Positions 8,346 to 16,892 are shown, counted from the first letter of the stretch. The stretch is 24,000 nucleotides of DNA from an uncultured Acidobacteriota bacterium (GCA_963826255.1 CAWGWK010000001.1:1236687-1260686), one strand, 5' to 3'. Translations and numbers: made by a program. Notes: a model not told the origin generated them from the sequence alone.

Positions 8346-10337
8346 CTAGAACGACACCGTTTCTTCTTCAGGTGTCTCGACGAGATAAGGACTGACGAAT
8401 GCTGGTTTCTCTTCGGCGTCTTCTGCAAGCACGGCCTGGATGACCGGCAAGCTCAAAGAGTGTTTGGTAGTTTGCAGCGGAACCGGCTTACCGGCCGCGT
8501 ACACTTTATGACGGCCATGCTCTTCGTACCATTCAGCGAGATTGGCAGTCTTATGCATGTTCTCGATGATCTGCCGCCAGCCGACGCCGGTGTTGTAAGC
8601 GCAGAAGGAGATCTCGCCTTCCTGAGTGCCATAAGGAATCACGCACATCTCAGTGCGGCGAAAATCGTAATTGAAAAGATCCTGGAACCACATGCCTTCG
8701 ACGCAGAGCACGCGCCACATGTCGCCGGCATCGGAAGTCTTCTGGTCCATCCGAGCCATCCGAGCCATCCGATCGTTGCGATCGGAGTTTGAATTAGTAG
8801 ACGAAGGCTTGAACAGGTTGATGATCTGGGAAATCGGAAATCCCTGTGGCGCACGTTCGGCGTTGAAGTTTCGCATGATCGCCATGCCAAGCTGTGCGTA
8901 TGAGAGTTTCCGGCCACGTGCCGTGTCGGTAATCACTGCCACGTCTTTCATGAACTGTTCGTAGTCGAAGAACTCAAACAATGATTTGAATTCTCCAGTC
9001 TGCTTGTTCACGACCAGCAAGGTAAAGATGCCGCAGTTTGGATGGCAGTTACACGACGACCAGCCCCACGGCGCATCCGCGCCCTGCAACATGTCCATCA
9101 CGCTGGTGAAAGCAGAATAGGAAGAGAGCGGGAACCAGTCGCGCAGCGGTTGAATGCTGCCACCGAGTTGATTCTTGAGATCGTGAGTCATGCCCGCGAG
9201 CGTGTAACGCCACTTCTTGCGCAACTCGTCCGAGATATCTTCGTCGCGGCCAGTGAAAGAAACTGGTTGAAAGGCGATCGTCTGAACTTTGTCGATGTTC
9301 TTCGCGGCAAACTCGACGATTTGCCCGATACCATCGTTGTTTAAGTTGTTAACAATCGTGACGACGAGCGTCACCTTGATACCGGCAGCCGCGAGGTTCT
9401 CGATTGCACGCAACTTAACGTCGAACAGGTTACCAACGCCGCGATGCTTGTTCTTCTCTTCGCTCACGCCGTCAAACTGAAGATAGACGCCGTGTTGTCC
9501 GGCAGCCTTCGCAGCTTTACAAAACTCGAGATCTTCAGCGAAGCGAATGCCATTCGTCGCGGCGAGAATTCGATAAAAGCCGATCTTCTTCGCGTAAGCG
9601 ACAGCTTCGAGGTAGTACGGTGAAAGTGTCGGCTCACCGCCCGAGAAGAGAATGATTACTTGCCGGCGTGGTTTGAACGAAACCGCGCGATCGAGAATAG
9701 CTTTCGTGTCTTCGAAAGTCGGCTCGTGCACATAACCAACCTGGTTCGCATCCATGAAGCACGGATTGCACATCATGTTGCAACGGTTGGTCAGGTCAAC
9801 AGTCAAAACTGCGCCGCGTCCGAACTTGATATTCGAAGTTCCATGACGGTGCACGTCTTTGTCTTCGGCGGCACGAAAGTCTCGACCAAAGAAGAGTGAC
9901 TCGATGCGTTCGAGAAACGCAGGATCAGTTGACATCACGTCTTCGAACTGTCCGTGCTTCGGACAATCCTTCCGCATCACGACCTGACCGTTGTCTTCAA
10001 GAATCTGTGCTTTGATTTCACCTGGATGCTCGTGCATCAACGTCTCGAGCGGGATCTCGCCGGAAATCACAGCGTTACGGACTTCTTTTACGCAGGTTGG
10101 ACAAAGACTGTCGGTTTCGCGCGGGAAACCAAGTGGCGGAGCACTGCGCTCGTACGATTTAAGCAACGGGCCGGGCGCCCAGTTCGGACGTATAGCTTCA
10201 CCTTCAGGAAGGCGTTGATTAATTGACTGGAATGCTTTCCAGGCGACATCTGAGAGACCGGAGATGAGCCGGGATCCTTTGACTCCCGACAGCTTGCTCT
10301 TTTCAGATTCCCCCCGGCGAAACTGGTCACTAAACAA
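8346..10337 (-). CDS. large radical SAM enzyme (663 aa), Tes/GDGT-MAS-like (class D rSAM) tetraether/membrane-spanning lipid synthase candidate
   Basis: The rSAM cluster is TNRCNMMCNPCF (Cys codons around 9759-9782). The N-terminus has SLCPTC...KDCPKHGQFED (CxxC...CxxH, rubredoxin-like). Further Cys motifs are SSCNCHPNCG and MCVIPYGTQEGEISFCAYN. The start is a TTG, the first start after an in-frame TGA, with GAGGAGGAG ~11 nt upstream. Confidence 0.8.
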   Translation of the reverse strand: MFSDQFRRGESEKSKLSGVKGSRLISGLSDVAWKAFQSINQRLPEGEAIRPNWAPGPLLKSYERSAPPLGFPRETDSLCPTCVKEVRNAVISGEIPLETLMHEHPGEIKAQILEDNGQVVMRKDCPKHGQFEDVMSTDPAFLERIESLFFGRDFRAAEDKDVHRHGTSNIKFGRGAVLTVDLTNRCNMMCNPCFMDANQVGYVHEPTFEDTKAILDRAVSFKPRRQVIILFSGGEPTLSPYYLEAVAYAKKIGFYRILAATNGIRFAEDLEFCKAAKAAGQHGVYLQFDGVSEEKNKHRGVGNLFDVKLRAIENLAAAGIKVTLVVTIVNNLNNDGIGQIVEFAAKNIDKVQTIAFQPVSFTGRDEDISDELRKKWRYTLAGMTHDLKNQLGGSIQPLRDWFPLSSYSAFTSVMDMLQGADAPWGWSSCNCHPNCGIFTLLVVNKQTGEFKSLFEFFDYEQFMKDVAVITDTARGRKLSYAQLGMAIMRNFNAERAPQGFPISQIINLFKPSSTNSNSDRNDRMARMARMDQKTSDAGDMWRVLCVEGMWFQDLFNYDFRRTEMCVIPYGTQEGEISFCAYNTGVGWRQIIENMHKTANLAEWYEEHGRHKVYAAGKPVPLQTTKHSLSLPVIQAVLAEDAEEKPAFVSPYLVETPEEETVSF

Positions 10338-10382
10338 CGGCTTTTCGTCTCCTCCTCAGTGAAACGCCCAGAACAGTCGAGC

Positions 10383-10411
10383 ATCATAGTGGGCCAAACC
10401 AGCAAAGGCAA
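10383..10411 (-). promoter_or_regulatory. sigma70-like promoter for the rSAM operon
   Basis: The minus strand reads TTGCCT-17 nt-TATGAT, ~45 nt upstream of the TTG start at 10337. Confidence 0.35.
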
Positions 10412-10440
10412 GACACGATTTGCACGCAAAGCCTTTTTTT

Positions 10441-10660
10441 AGCCTGCGGAGCAGGCGCAAGCATAAAGCCTGGGGCGTAAGCCCCAGGTCAAAGCGCGAC
10501 AAGTTTCAAGCCCGCGAATGCGGGCGATAGAACAAATGCGGCAAAACGCGAACAATTTCAGCACCCACCACTGACGCCCACTTCGCGGGCTCGAATTCCA
10601 TTGCTTCCAGTTCCTGGGGCTTACGCCCCAGGCTATATGCTTGCGCCTGCTCCGCAGGCT
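10441..10660. repeat. 220-bp palindromic (MITE/REP-like) element with 48-bp terminal inverted repeats
   Basis: Segment 10441-10488 (AGCCTGCGGAGCAGGCGCAAGCATAAAGCCTGGGGCGTAAGCCCCAGG) is the reverse complement of 10613-10660 with a single mismatch. Each arm contains its own hairpin, CCTGGGGC-GTAA-GCCCCAGG. The core holds another hairpin, GCCCGC-GAAT-GCGGGC. Confidence 0.9.
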
Positions 10661-10683
10661 AAAAGCAAATGAAAGCCGAATCA

Positions 10684-10712
10684 TTGACATAGTATGTATG
10701 GAGGCGTATAAG
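10684..10712 (+). promoter_or_regulatory. sigma70-like promoter for the CHAT/SIR2/STAND operon
   Basis: TTGACA (10684-10689), a 17-nt spacer, then TATAAG (10707-10712). This leaves a ~190-nt leader before the ATG at 10904. Confidence 0.4.
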
Positions 10713-10903
10713 CACGGTGTTTCCTGCGATTTTTCACGCGAACTTGTGCGCCTGCCACCCAGGCGCACGGTTCGGCCGGAATGTTCGATCCTTCTAATTT
10801 CAAAAGGCCTTAGTCGCCACCAGTTAGTTCTCAACACCGTCTCATGCAGGCTTGTCTTGCCTGGTCGTGAGTTTATTCCTCCTACGATCCCGGGAGTTAA
10901 CCA

Positions 10904-13900
10904 ATGTTCGACGAACGCGCTTTTATTTCCCAGGTAGAAAGATCCAATCCCGACGAATTAGCGAAACTGCTTGTTCGGCCCACTCTCGAAGAAGAGAAAG
11001 CCCTTCGCGCGCATTTAGGTGACGAGCGTTACCAGCGGATGCATAGCATGGCGTTGAGGCGGAAGGTCAGCCGCAGCGTCATTGAAAAACCACGAGGAAA
11101 TGTCGTCGTCATACACGGCATCATGGGCGCTGAATTAAGTATCAGCAGCAACGGCCGCGCCGGAGATCTGACGTGGGTCAATGCCTTTCGCATCCTCCGC
11201 GGTTGGCTCGATCGTTTGCGACTGACCGACGATGGCCGCTCGGAATTCAATTCAAAATTCACCGTGACCGCGTCGGGCACTATGAAGCGCTACTACGGCG
11301 AAATACTCCTGGCCCTGTCGGAAAATTGGAACGTTAAGGATTTCTATTTCGACTGGCGAAAGGATCTCGAACTTGCCGCAGATTCACTAAACACGATGCT
11401 CGGTACCTGGCTCGACAATAAGAAGCCGGTACATATCGTCGCTCACTCAATGGGCGGTCTCGTCGCGCGCACTTTTATCCAGAAATATCCTGAGCGCTGG
11501 AAAACGATGTTGGATGAAAAGGGGGAAGACGGTGGCAGACTAATCATGCTCGGTACGCCGAATTATGGCTCGTTCGCCATTCCGCAGGTCATTACGGGCG
11601 TGGAAGGGTTAGTGCGAAAACTGGCAAGGCTCGATTTCCGACATAGTCGCCAGGAACTGCTCGAGACGTTCAATTCCTTTGTGGGCTCGTACCAGATGCT
11701 TCCTTCACCTGAGGTGATGAGCAATATCGAACGTCTTTACGATGCGGGCACCTACAGCAAATTCAATGTCACAGTCTCGCAGCAACATCTGAAAAGAGCC
11801 AGAGATCACCACGAGTGGTTGAAAGATGCTGTTGATCTGGATCGAATGATTTACGTGGCCGGCTACGATCAGCCTACCTACTCGGATATCAGCGACTGGG
11901 ACAGACTGGACGGCACGGAAGGATACGCGATGACCGTCGATGGCGATGGCCGTGTGCCACACACGCTCGCTTTGCTGAAGACCTCTGAAGGAGTTCAGAT
12001 TCCGACGTACTACATTCGTGAAAACCACGGCAATCTCTCGTCCAATGGAAGAATCCTGGCGGCACTCGATGAACTGCTGAAAACAGGTAAAACGGATGCT
12101 CTGCTTCCAAAGTTACCAGAGGACCGGGCGTTAAAGGCAAAGAGCCAGAAAGAATTAAGAGAAGAATACGAGGCCGATCTAAAAGCCGAGGAGACCACAC
12201 TCGCGATCTCGCTCGGTCGCATGAGCTCGAGAAGCATTCCGTTTATGCGAGCCCTGGACGAAGAATGTTCCGAACAGCGCGGAGTTAACACCTTAGCTCC
12301 GCCTGTTATCAGTCCTGAGGAACGAAAGGTTGAAGAAGCGATCACTCGGGGATTTCTACCTTTCCGCGGAGAAGGCAAAGCCACCGACGACTCGGTGGAA
12401 GTTGATGAAAATCTGGAACCCGCAAAAATAGAGATCGGACTCATGTTCGGCGGCATTCAGAGCATTGATTACGACAATGTGCTCAGCGATGAGCAGCACC
12501 CTGTTGATTGCATCTCGGTGGGCCATTACATCGGCGTTCAGCCACAACGGGCCGAGCTGGCGCTCGACGAAGCAATCAGCAAGGCTTTAGTTAAGGAAGA
12601 AGAACTCGGCAACCAGCAAGACACAAAACAAGTCGGCAACCAGGAAAGCTCAGAAGAAATCGGCAAACTTGACCTCATCCTCACTCAATACACGGAACGC
12701 GGAATCATCTACGGCCAGTTGGGCCAACCTTTTTTAATGCCCGATCCGCGCACTGGTCGCGAGTCTAAAACCGAACGTTTGATCGCAGTCGCGGGTATGA
12801 ACGAGCCCGGGCGTTTTGGCATACCGGAGTTGACCGTGCTTGCCAGGGAATTGTGCTGGGCTCTCGGGCGCTTGAATAAACTACACCTTGCTACCGTACT
12901 AATCGGCAGTGGAGAAGGGAATCTGGCATTACGCGATGCCGTCTCCGCATGGTTAAGCGGAATTCGACGTGCAGTGGCTGGTTCAAAATTTGACAGCCGC
13001 AGCGGCAGAAGATTAAAGCGAGTAACTTTCGTCGAGCACGATCCTGGCAAAGTAATTCAATTAAATAACATCATTGCTACTCAGCAGGCACAGTTAGAGA
13101 AGCAGAACTTCACCATCGTTTACCAGAAACTCACCCCCGCCCAAGTAGAAGAATTGAAGGTGAAAGCTTATGAAAAAGCCAGGGAAGACTTGGAGAAGAA
13201 TTGGAAGAAAGAACTGGAGGGGAACAGTTCCAATCCCAACGCGATCCCTTCCCGTGTCACGCTGAGTCTCGATCCAGACAAAAATACCTATCGCTTTGGT
13301 GCGATTACCGAAAACGCGTCGATTCCGGAACGCGATACGGTTATCGATCCTAATCTCGTTTGGACAGCTAACGATGAACTGGCAGGTGAGCAGTGGCCCC
13401 CGGTGCAGTTGGAACGCGGACGGTTTCTCGAAGGACTGTTGATGCCTGCCGACTTGCGAAAGCAACTTTACGGCGCAGCACCATTGGTGATGATGCTGGA
13501 TTCTACGACGGCCCGCATTCATTGGGAGATGGTGGCCCAACCTTCACTCGATTCTTCTCCGGTTCGACGCAGTGCCGCGTTAACTAAAGGATTCAAGTAC
13601 GAAGATGATTTTCTGGGTACTTGTCGAGGGTTAACGCGGCAATTGCGCACGACGTTCGCTCCGCCACCCGAACCACCACCGCCACCTCTGAGTATTTTGC
13701 GGATCCTGATCGTCGCCGATCCTGCCGAGGATGCACATCTGCCCGGCGCCGAAGAAGAGGCAGTTTTGGTTGCAGACCTCTTTGAAAGCTACAACCCTAC
13801 TGACGACATTAAGCGCACACGTGTGGAGGTGAAGCGTCTCTTTGGACCAATCGACGCAACTCGCACCAACGTGCTGCGTGAGTTGATGCTCCGGCGCTAC

Positions 13901-14506
13901 GACATTTTGCACTTTGCCGGCCACTGCGTCTTCCAATGGAACGGAGATCCAAGTCTTTCAGGATGGATTTTCAACGTGAAGCGCAAGGAGTTGTTGAGTG
14001 CAAATGAGCTCAACCGGATCGATCGGATTCCAAAGTTTGTTTTTTCAAATGCCTGTGAATCGGGAATAACGCCGGATCGCGCGCGCGATCGAGACGACCG
14101 GCTCGCTCCGAGCTTTGCGGAATCATTCTTCAATCGCGGAGTAGCAAACTTTGTCTGCACGGCATGGCCGGTGGACGATGTGGCCGCCCGTGTTTTTGCA
14201 ATAACGCTTTATTCGCATCTGTTAGGGCTCAAAAACGACTCAGATAAAACCGTCTCACGTCGTACCGGTGGTGCGGTGGCAATGCATGAAGCGATGAGAG
14301 AAGCCCGGCTCGCCATCGCCCGCACACTTAACGGAAGAACCACCTGGGGAGCCTACCAGCATTATGGCAACCCGTATTTTCGTCTCTTTTATGACGAGTC
14401 TGAACAGTGTGGTCCTGATGCGAGTGAGAATTCTAAAGAGGCCACGGGATTAGAACCTAAAGAGCGTTCAGCAGAGGAAACAGCGCCTCAGGCTGCCGCC
14501 AAATAG
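10904..14506 (+). CDS. 1200-aa fusion protein: N-terminal alpha/beta-hydrolase (lipase/LCAT/PGAP1-like), a ~500-aa unassigned central region, and a C-terminal CHAT caspase-like protease
   Basis: SD GGGAG lies 7 nt upstream. The hydrolase motifs are VVVIHGIMG, the nucleophile elbow HIVAHSMGG (Ser182, 11447-11449), LGTPNYGS, VDGDGRVPH and ENHGNL. The CHAT motifs are ILRILIVADP, ILHFAGHCVF (His1007) and FVFSNACESG (Cys1051, 14054-14056). Confidence 0.85.
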   Translation: MFDERAFISQVERSNPDELAKLLVRPTLEEEKALRAHLGDERYQRMHSMALRRKVSRSVIEKPRGNVVVIHGIMGAELSISSNGRAGDLTWVNAFRILRGWLDRLRLTDDGRSEFNSKFTVTASGTMKRYYGEILLALSENWNVKDFYFDWRKDLELAADSLNTMLGTWLDNKKPVHIVAHSMGGLVARTFIQKYPERWKTMLDEKGEDGGRLIMLGTPNYGSFAIPQVITGVEGLVRKLARLDFRHSRQELLETFNSFVGSYQMLPSPEVMSNIERLYDAGTYSKFNVTVSQQHLKRARDHHEWLKDAVDLDRMIYVAGYDQPTYSDISDWDRLDGTEGYAMTVDGDGRVPHTLALLKTSEGVQIPTYYIRENHGNLSSNGRILAALDELLKTGKTDALLPKLPEDRALKAKSQKELREEYEADLKAEETTLAISLGRMSSRSIPFMRALDEECSEQRGVNTLAPPVISPEERKVEEAITRGFLPFRGEGKATDDSVEVDENLEPAKIEIGLMFGGIQSIDYDNVLSDEQHPVDCISVGHYIGVQPQRAELALDEAISKALVKEEELGNQQDTKQVGNQESSEEIGKLDLILTQYTERGIIYGQLGQPFLMPDPRTGRESKTERLIAVAGMNEPGRFGIPELTVLARELCWALGRLNKLHLATVLIGSGEGNLALRDAVSAWLSGIRRAVAGSKFDSRSGRRLKRVTFVEHDPGKVIQLNNIIATQQAQLEKQNFTIVYQKLTPAQVEELKVKAYEKAREDLEKNWKKELEGNSSNPNAIPSRVTLSLDPDKNTYRFGAITENASIPERDTVIDPNLVWTANDELAGEQWPPVQLERGRFLEGLLMPADLRKQLYGAAPLVMMLDSTTARIHWEMVAQPSLDSSPVRRSAALTKGFKYEDDFLGTCRGLTRQLRTTFAPPPEPPPPPLSILRILIVADPAEDAHLPGAEEEAVLVADLFESYNPTDDIKRTRVEVKRLFGPIDATRTNVLRELMLRRYDILHFAGHCVFQWNGDPSLSGWIFNVKRKELLSANELNRIDRIPKFVFSNACESGITPDRARDRDDRLAPSFAESFFNRGVANFVCTAWPVDDVAARVFAITLYSHLLGLKNDSDKTVSRRTGGAVAMHEAMREARLAIARTLNGRTTWGAYQHYGNPYFRLFYDESEQCGPDASENSKEATGLEPKERSAEETAPQAAAK

Positions 14507-14548
14507 CAACGCAAGAATCGCCGATCATTTTCAAGAGGGGAGCCGATC

Positions 14549-15469
14549 ATGTCGCAAGTGTCAACCGAAACCGAAGTACCGATGCCGCGTACTCTCCAAA
14601 GAAATGACTGGACGCTGCTCTTAAAGAGGATTCGCGAGGGAAGATGCACGCCTTTTCTCGGCGCTGGAGCTTCCTATGGAACGTTGCCGCTGGGTGCGTC
14701 GATTGCCGAAGACTGGGCCAAGGAATTCGGTTATCCACTCGAAGACTCCGACGATCTGATCAAAGTGTCGCAGTTCGTCGCGGTCGAGGTTGAAGACGCG
14801 ATGTACCCAAAGGAAGAACTCGCTGCCCGGTTCCGAAAGGCTGGGCGCCCTGACTTCAGTTCGCCCACCGAGCCGCATCGATTCCTGGCTGAGTTACCGC
14901 TCCCGGTCTACATCACGACGAACTATGACGATTTCATGGTCCAGGCGTTGCGCGACCAGGGCAAGAAACCGGAACAGGAGATCTGTCGCTGGAACAGTCA
15001 GCTCTACAGTCTGCCGTCGGTGCTTGATCGGTTGGATTACGTGCCCAGTGAAAAGACACCGCTGGTTTTTCATCTTCATGGTCATGCCGGAATTCCGGAA
15101 TCACTGGTGTTGACTGAAGACGACTATCTCGATTTCCTGATGGCGATATCCAAGAAAGAAAACAAACTCCTGCCGCCGCGAGTCCAGGAAGCGATGGCAA
15201 ACGCGTCGTTGCTATTCATCGGCTACCGCATTGCCGACTGGAATTTTCGTGTGCTGTTTCGCAGTGTCGTCACTTCGCTTGAAGCAGGTCAGAAGCGAAA
15301 GCATGTGTCAGTGCAGATCCTCCCGATCGGCAATGTAAGTGACAACATCCGGAAGATGAAGGTGCTGAGCTACCTCGACAAGTACTATCAGGAACTCAAT
15401 ACGCGCGTTTACTGGGGCAAGAGCGACGAGTTCATGTCTGAACTGAGAAACATTTGGGAGGTGCTCTGA
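14549..15469 (+). CDS. SIR2_2-family (sirtuin-like, probable NAD+-consuming) protein, 306 aa
   Basis: SD AGAGGGGA is present upstream. The motifs are PFLGAGASYG (Rossmann GAGxS), YITTNYDDF (Asn125), VFHLHGH (His177), LVLTEDDYL and LLFIGYRIADWNF. Confidence 0.8.
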   Translation: MSQVSTETEVPMPRTLQRNDWTLLLKRIREGRCTPFLGAGASYGTLPLGASIAEDWAKEFGYPLEDSDDLIKVSQFVAVEVEDAMYPKEELAARFRKAGRPDFSSPTEPHRFLAELPLPVYITTNYDDFMVQALRDQGKKPEQEICRWNSQLYSLPSVLDRLDYVPSEKTPLVFHLHGHAGIPESLVLTEDDYLDFLMAISKKENKLLPPRVQEAMANASLLFIGYRIADWNFRVLFRSVVTSLEAGQKRKHVSVQILPIGNVSDNIRKMKVLSYLDKYYQELNTRVYWGKSDEFMSELRNIWEVL

Positions 15470-15470
15470 C

Positions 15471-16712
15471 ATGACTGTTCAAAACCTCGAGCTGTATGTT
15501 GGACCACGCCCGTATGAAGAAAGCAACGCGTCCATCTTCTTTGGACGCGAGCGCGAAGCCCGCGATCTGCTGTCACTCGTGATCGCCAATCAATTGCTTT
15601 TGATCTACGCGCCGTCGGGCGCGGGCAAAACCTCACTCATCAATGCCCGCCTTGTTCCGATGCTCGGCCACGTGAAGGATCCGGCGTTGGCGGAACAGCT
15701 TGGACCAGGCAAGGGTTTTGAGGTTTTGCCAATCGCGCGTGTCAGCGGTCTCGTTCCGGAAACGATGGATCTGGATGCGATTCCAAACTCGAACATCTTT
15801 GTCTTCAATACCCTCGTCAGTTGGCGAAAGAAAGACACCGGAACGCCGTCGGCGCAACAACGCAAACTTGCCGAAAGAGAACTAATCGGAAAGCGGCTTT
15901 GCGACTACCTCGAGGAAACGCGACCCGTCGCGGTCCAATCAGTAGAGGGAGACGATGAAGAAGGCGAGCCGTTGTCCCCGCGCGTCGTGATCTTCGATCA
16001 GTTTGAAGAGATCTTTACTCGCCACTACGAGCGCTGGCAGGACCGTGAAGGATTCTTTGAGCAGATCACGGATGCGCTGAAAGGTGGTCCACTGACGTTG
16101 AGACGTTGCGACATCCGCCGTCCTGCCGCGCTGATGAGCCGGCTGGTAAGAGGCGCCAATTCTGTTTGCCTTGCGCTGCGGGAACGTCTCCCTGACGGTG
16201 TTAACCGGCTGCTCAAGGACGATAAAAAGACGGTTGATGAGCGTCTGGAAGTAATCGTGTCTGAGTTGAACACGATTTTGAAGGGTGAAAGCCTCTACGA
16301 CGAGGAGACATTTGCCGGGATCAATTTGCGTGACGAGACGATGCAATCGCTTCAGCAAAAGCGCAAATCACGCAACTTCCTTGCTTCAAACCGATTGCTT
16401 CTCGAAGACGCTTTTCCAGATGAGATTTACCGGCGCGCAGCAGGAGACCGTGCCTTGCGAGTGGTCTTTTCCATGCGCGAGGACTACATCGCCGAGCTCG
16501 ATCCTTACGCACACCTGTTGCCCGACAGGCTCGGTACGCGTTATCGCCTGGATCGCCTGCGTCGCGATGCCGCGCTGGCCGCGGTGAAGAGTCCACTTCA
16601 GTTCACAACTGTGAGTTTCGCTCCGGGTGTAGCTGAGCGCCTGGTCGATAGCCTGTTACAGACTCCAGTGAAAGTCGCGACGCCGGTTACAACTGGTGAG
16701 GAGATGTTGTAG
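15471..16712 (+). CDS. STAND-type P-loop NTPase, N-terminal fragment (413 aa) of a split gene
   Basis: The ATG is 1 nt after the SIR2 stop, with SD GGGAGG 9 nt upstream. The motifs are FFGREREARDL, Walker A IYAPSGAGKTSL (Lys53), Walker B RVVIFDQFEE (Asp176) and VFSMREDYI. The ORF ends EEML* four codons inside an inserted element. Confidence 0.8.
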   Translation: MTVQNLELYVGPRPYEESNASIFFGREREARDLLSLVIANQLLLIYAPSGAGKTSLINARLVPMLGHVKDPALAEQLGPGKGFEVLPIARVSGLVPETMDLDAIPNSNIFVFNTLVSWRKKDTGTPSAQQRKLAERELIGKRLCDYLEETRPVAVQSVEGDDEEGEPLSPRVVIFDQFEEIFTRHYERWQDREGFFEQITDALKGGPLTLRRCDIRRPAALMSRLVRGANSVCLALRERLPDGVNRLLKDDKKTVDERLEVIVSELNTILKGESLYDEETFAGINLRDETMQSLQQKRKSRNFLASNRLLLEDAFPDEIYRRAAGDRALRVVFSMREDYIAELDPYAHLLPDRLGTRYRLDRLRRDAALAAVKSPLQFTTVSFAPGVAERLVDSLLQTPVKVATPVTTGEEML

Positions 16713-16892
16713 CCACTGGTAGTGCCTGGTCTTTCTCTGCGTAATCTCTGCGGTCCTGGGCGCCTCTGCGTGAATGTATTCCTAAGTCCTAATAACCGCA
16801 GAGGCGCCGAGGACCGCAGAGATTACGCAGAGAAGATCTCAAGTTTTGATTTATGCACGGGGAGGCCCGAATATGAGTGATAAGACCTGGAT
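16700..16892. mobile_element. ~193-bp non-autonomous insertion (MITE-like) interrupting the STAND NTPase gene
   Basis: It is flanked by the 9-bp direct repeat AACTGGTGA (16691-16699 and 16893-16901). It contains a 37-bp-stem palindrome. Deleting 202 bp joins the two ORFs in frame. The exact boundaries are uncertain and no transposase is encoded. Confidence 0.45.
16734..16833. repeat. long palindrome (37-nt arms, 26-nt loop)
   Basis: Segment 16734-16770 (TCTCTGCGTAATCTCTGCGGTCCTGGGCGCCTCTGCG) matches the reverse complement of 16797-16833 at 36 of 37 positions. Confidence 0.9.

Noticed and set aside
8747-8773. 9-bp tandem repeat CCATCCGAG x3 (encodes MARMARM) inside the Tes-like gene
   Set aside because: The repeat is in frame, has only about three copies, and sits in a low-complexity linker (SNSDRNDRMARMARMDQK). 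It is too short to argue for phase variation and is probably neutral slippage.
8328-8792. 154-aa plus-strand ORF (and other 60-100-aa ORFs between 8600 and 10430)
   Set aside because: All lie inside or antisense to the 663-aa radical SAM gene, which has clear motifs. None has a motif or SD.
10439-10837. 132-aa minus-strand ORF, and the 98-aa plus-strand ORF at 10641-10937
   Set aside because: They are read-throughs of the palindromic element and the promoter/leader region. Sequences such as LRPRLYACACSAG are simply translations of the inverted-repeat arms.
11029-14160. Multiple 80-150-aa ORFs nested in or antisense to the 1200-aa CHAT gene
   Set aside because: All are contained within a long ORF that has two motif-supported domains. 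None has an independent start context.
10441-16833. Possibility that the palindromes represent a CRISPR array
   Set aside because: The two palindromic elements have unrelated sequences, occur once each, lie 6 kb apart and have no regular repeat-spacer periodicity. No cas genes are present.
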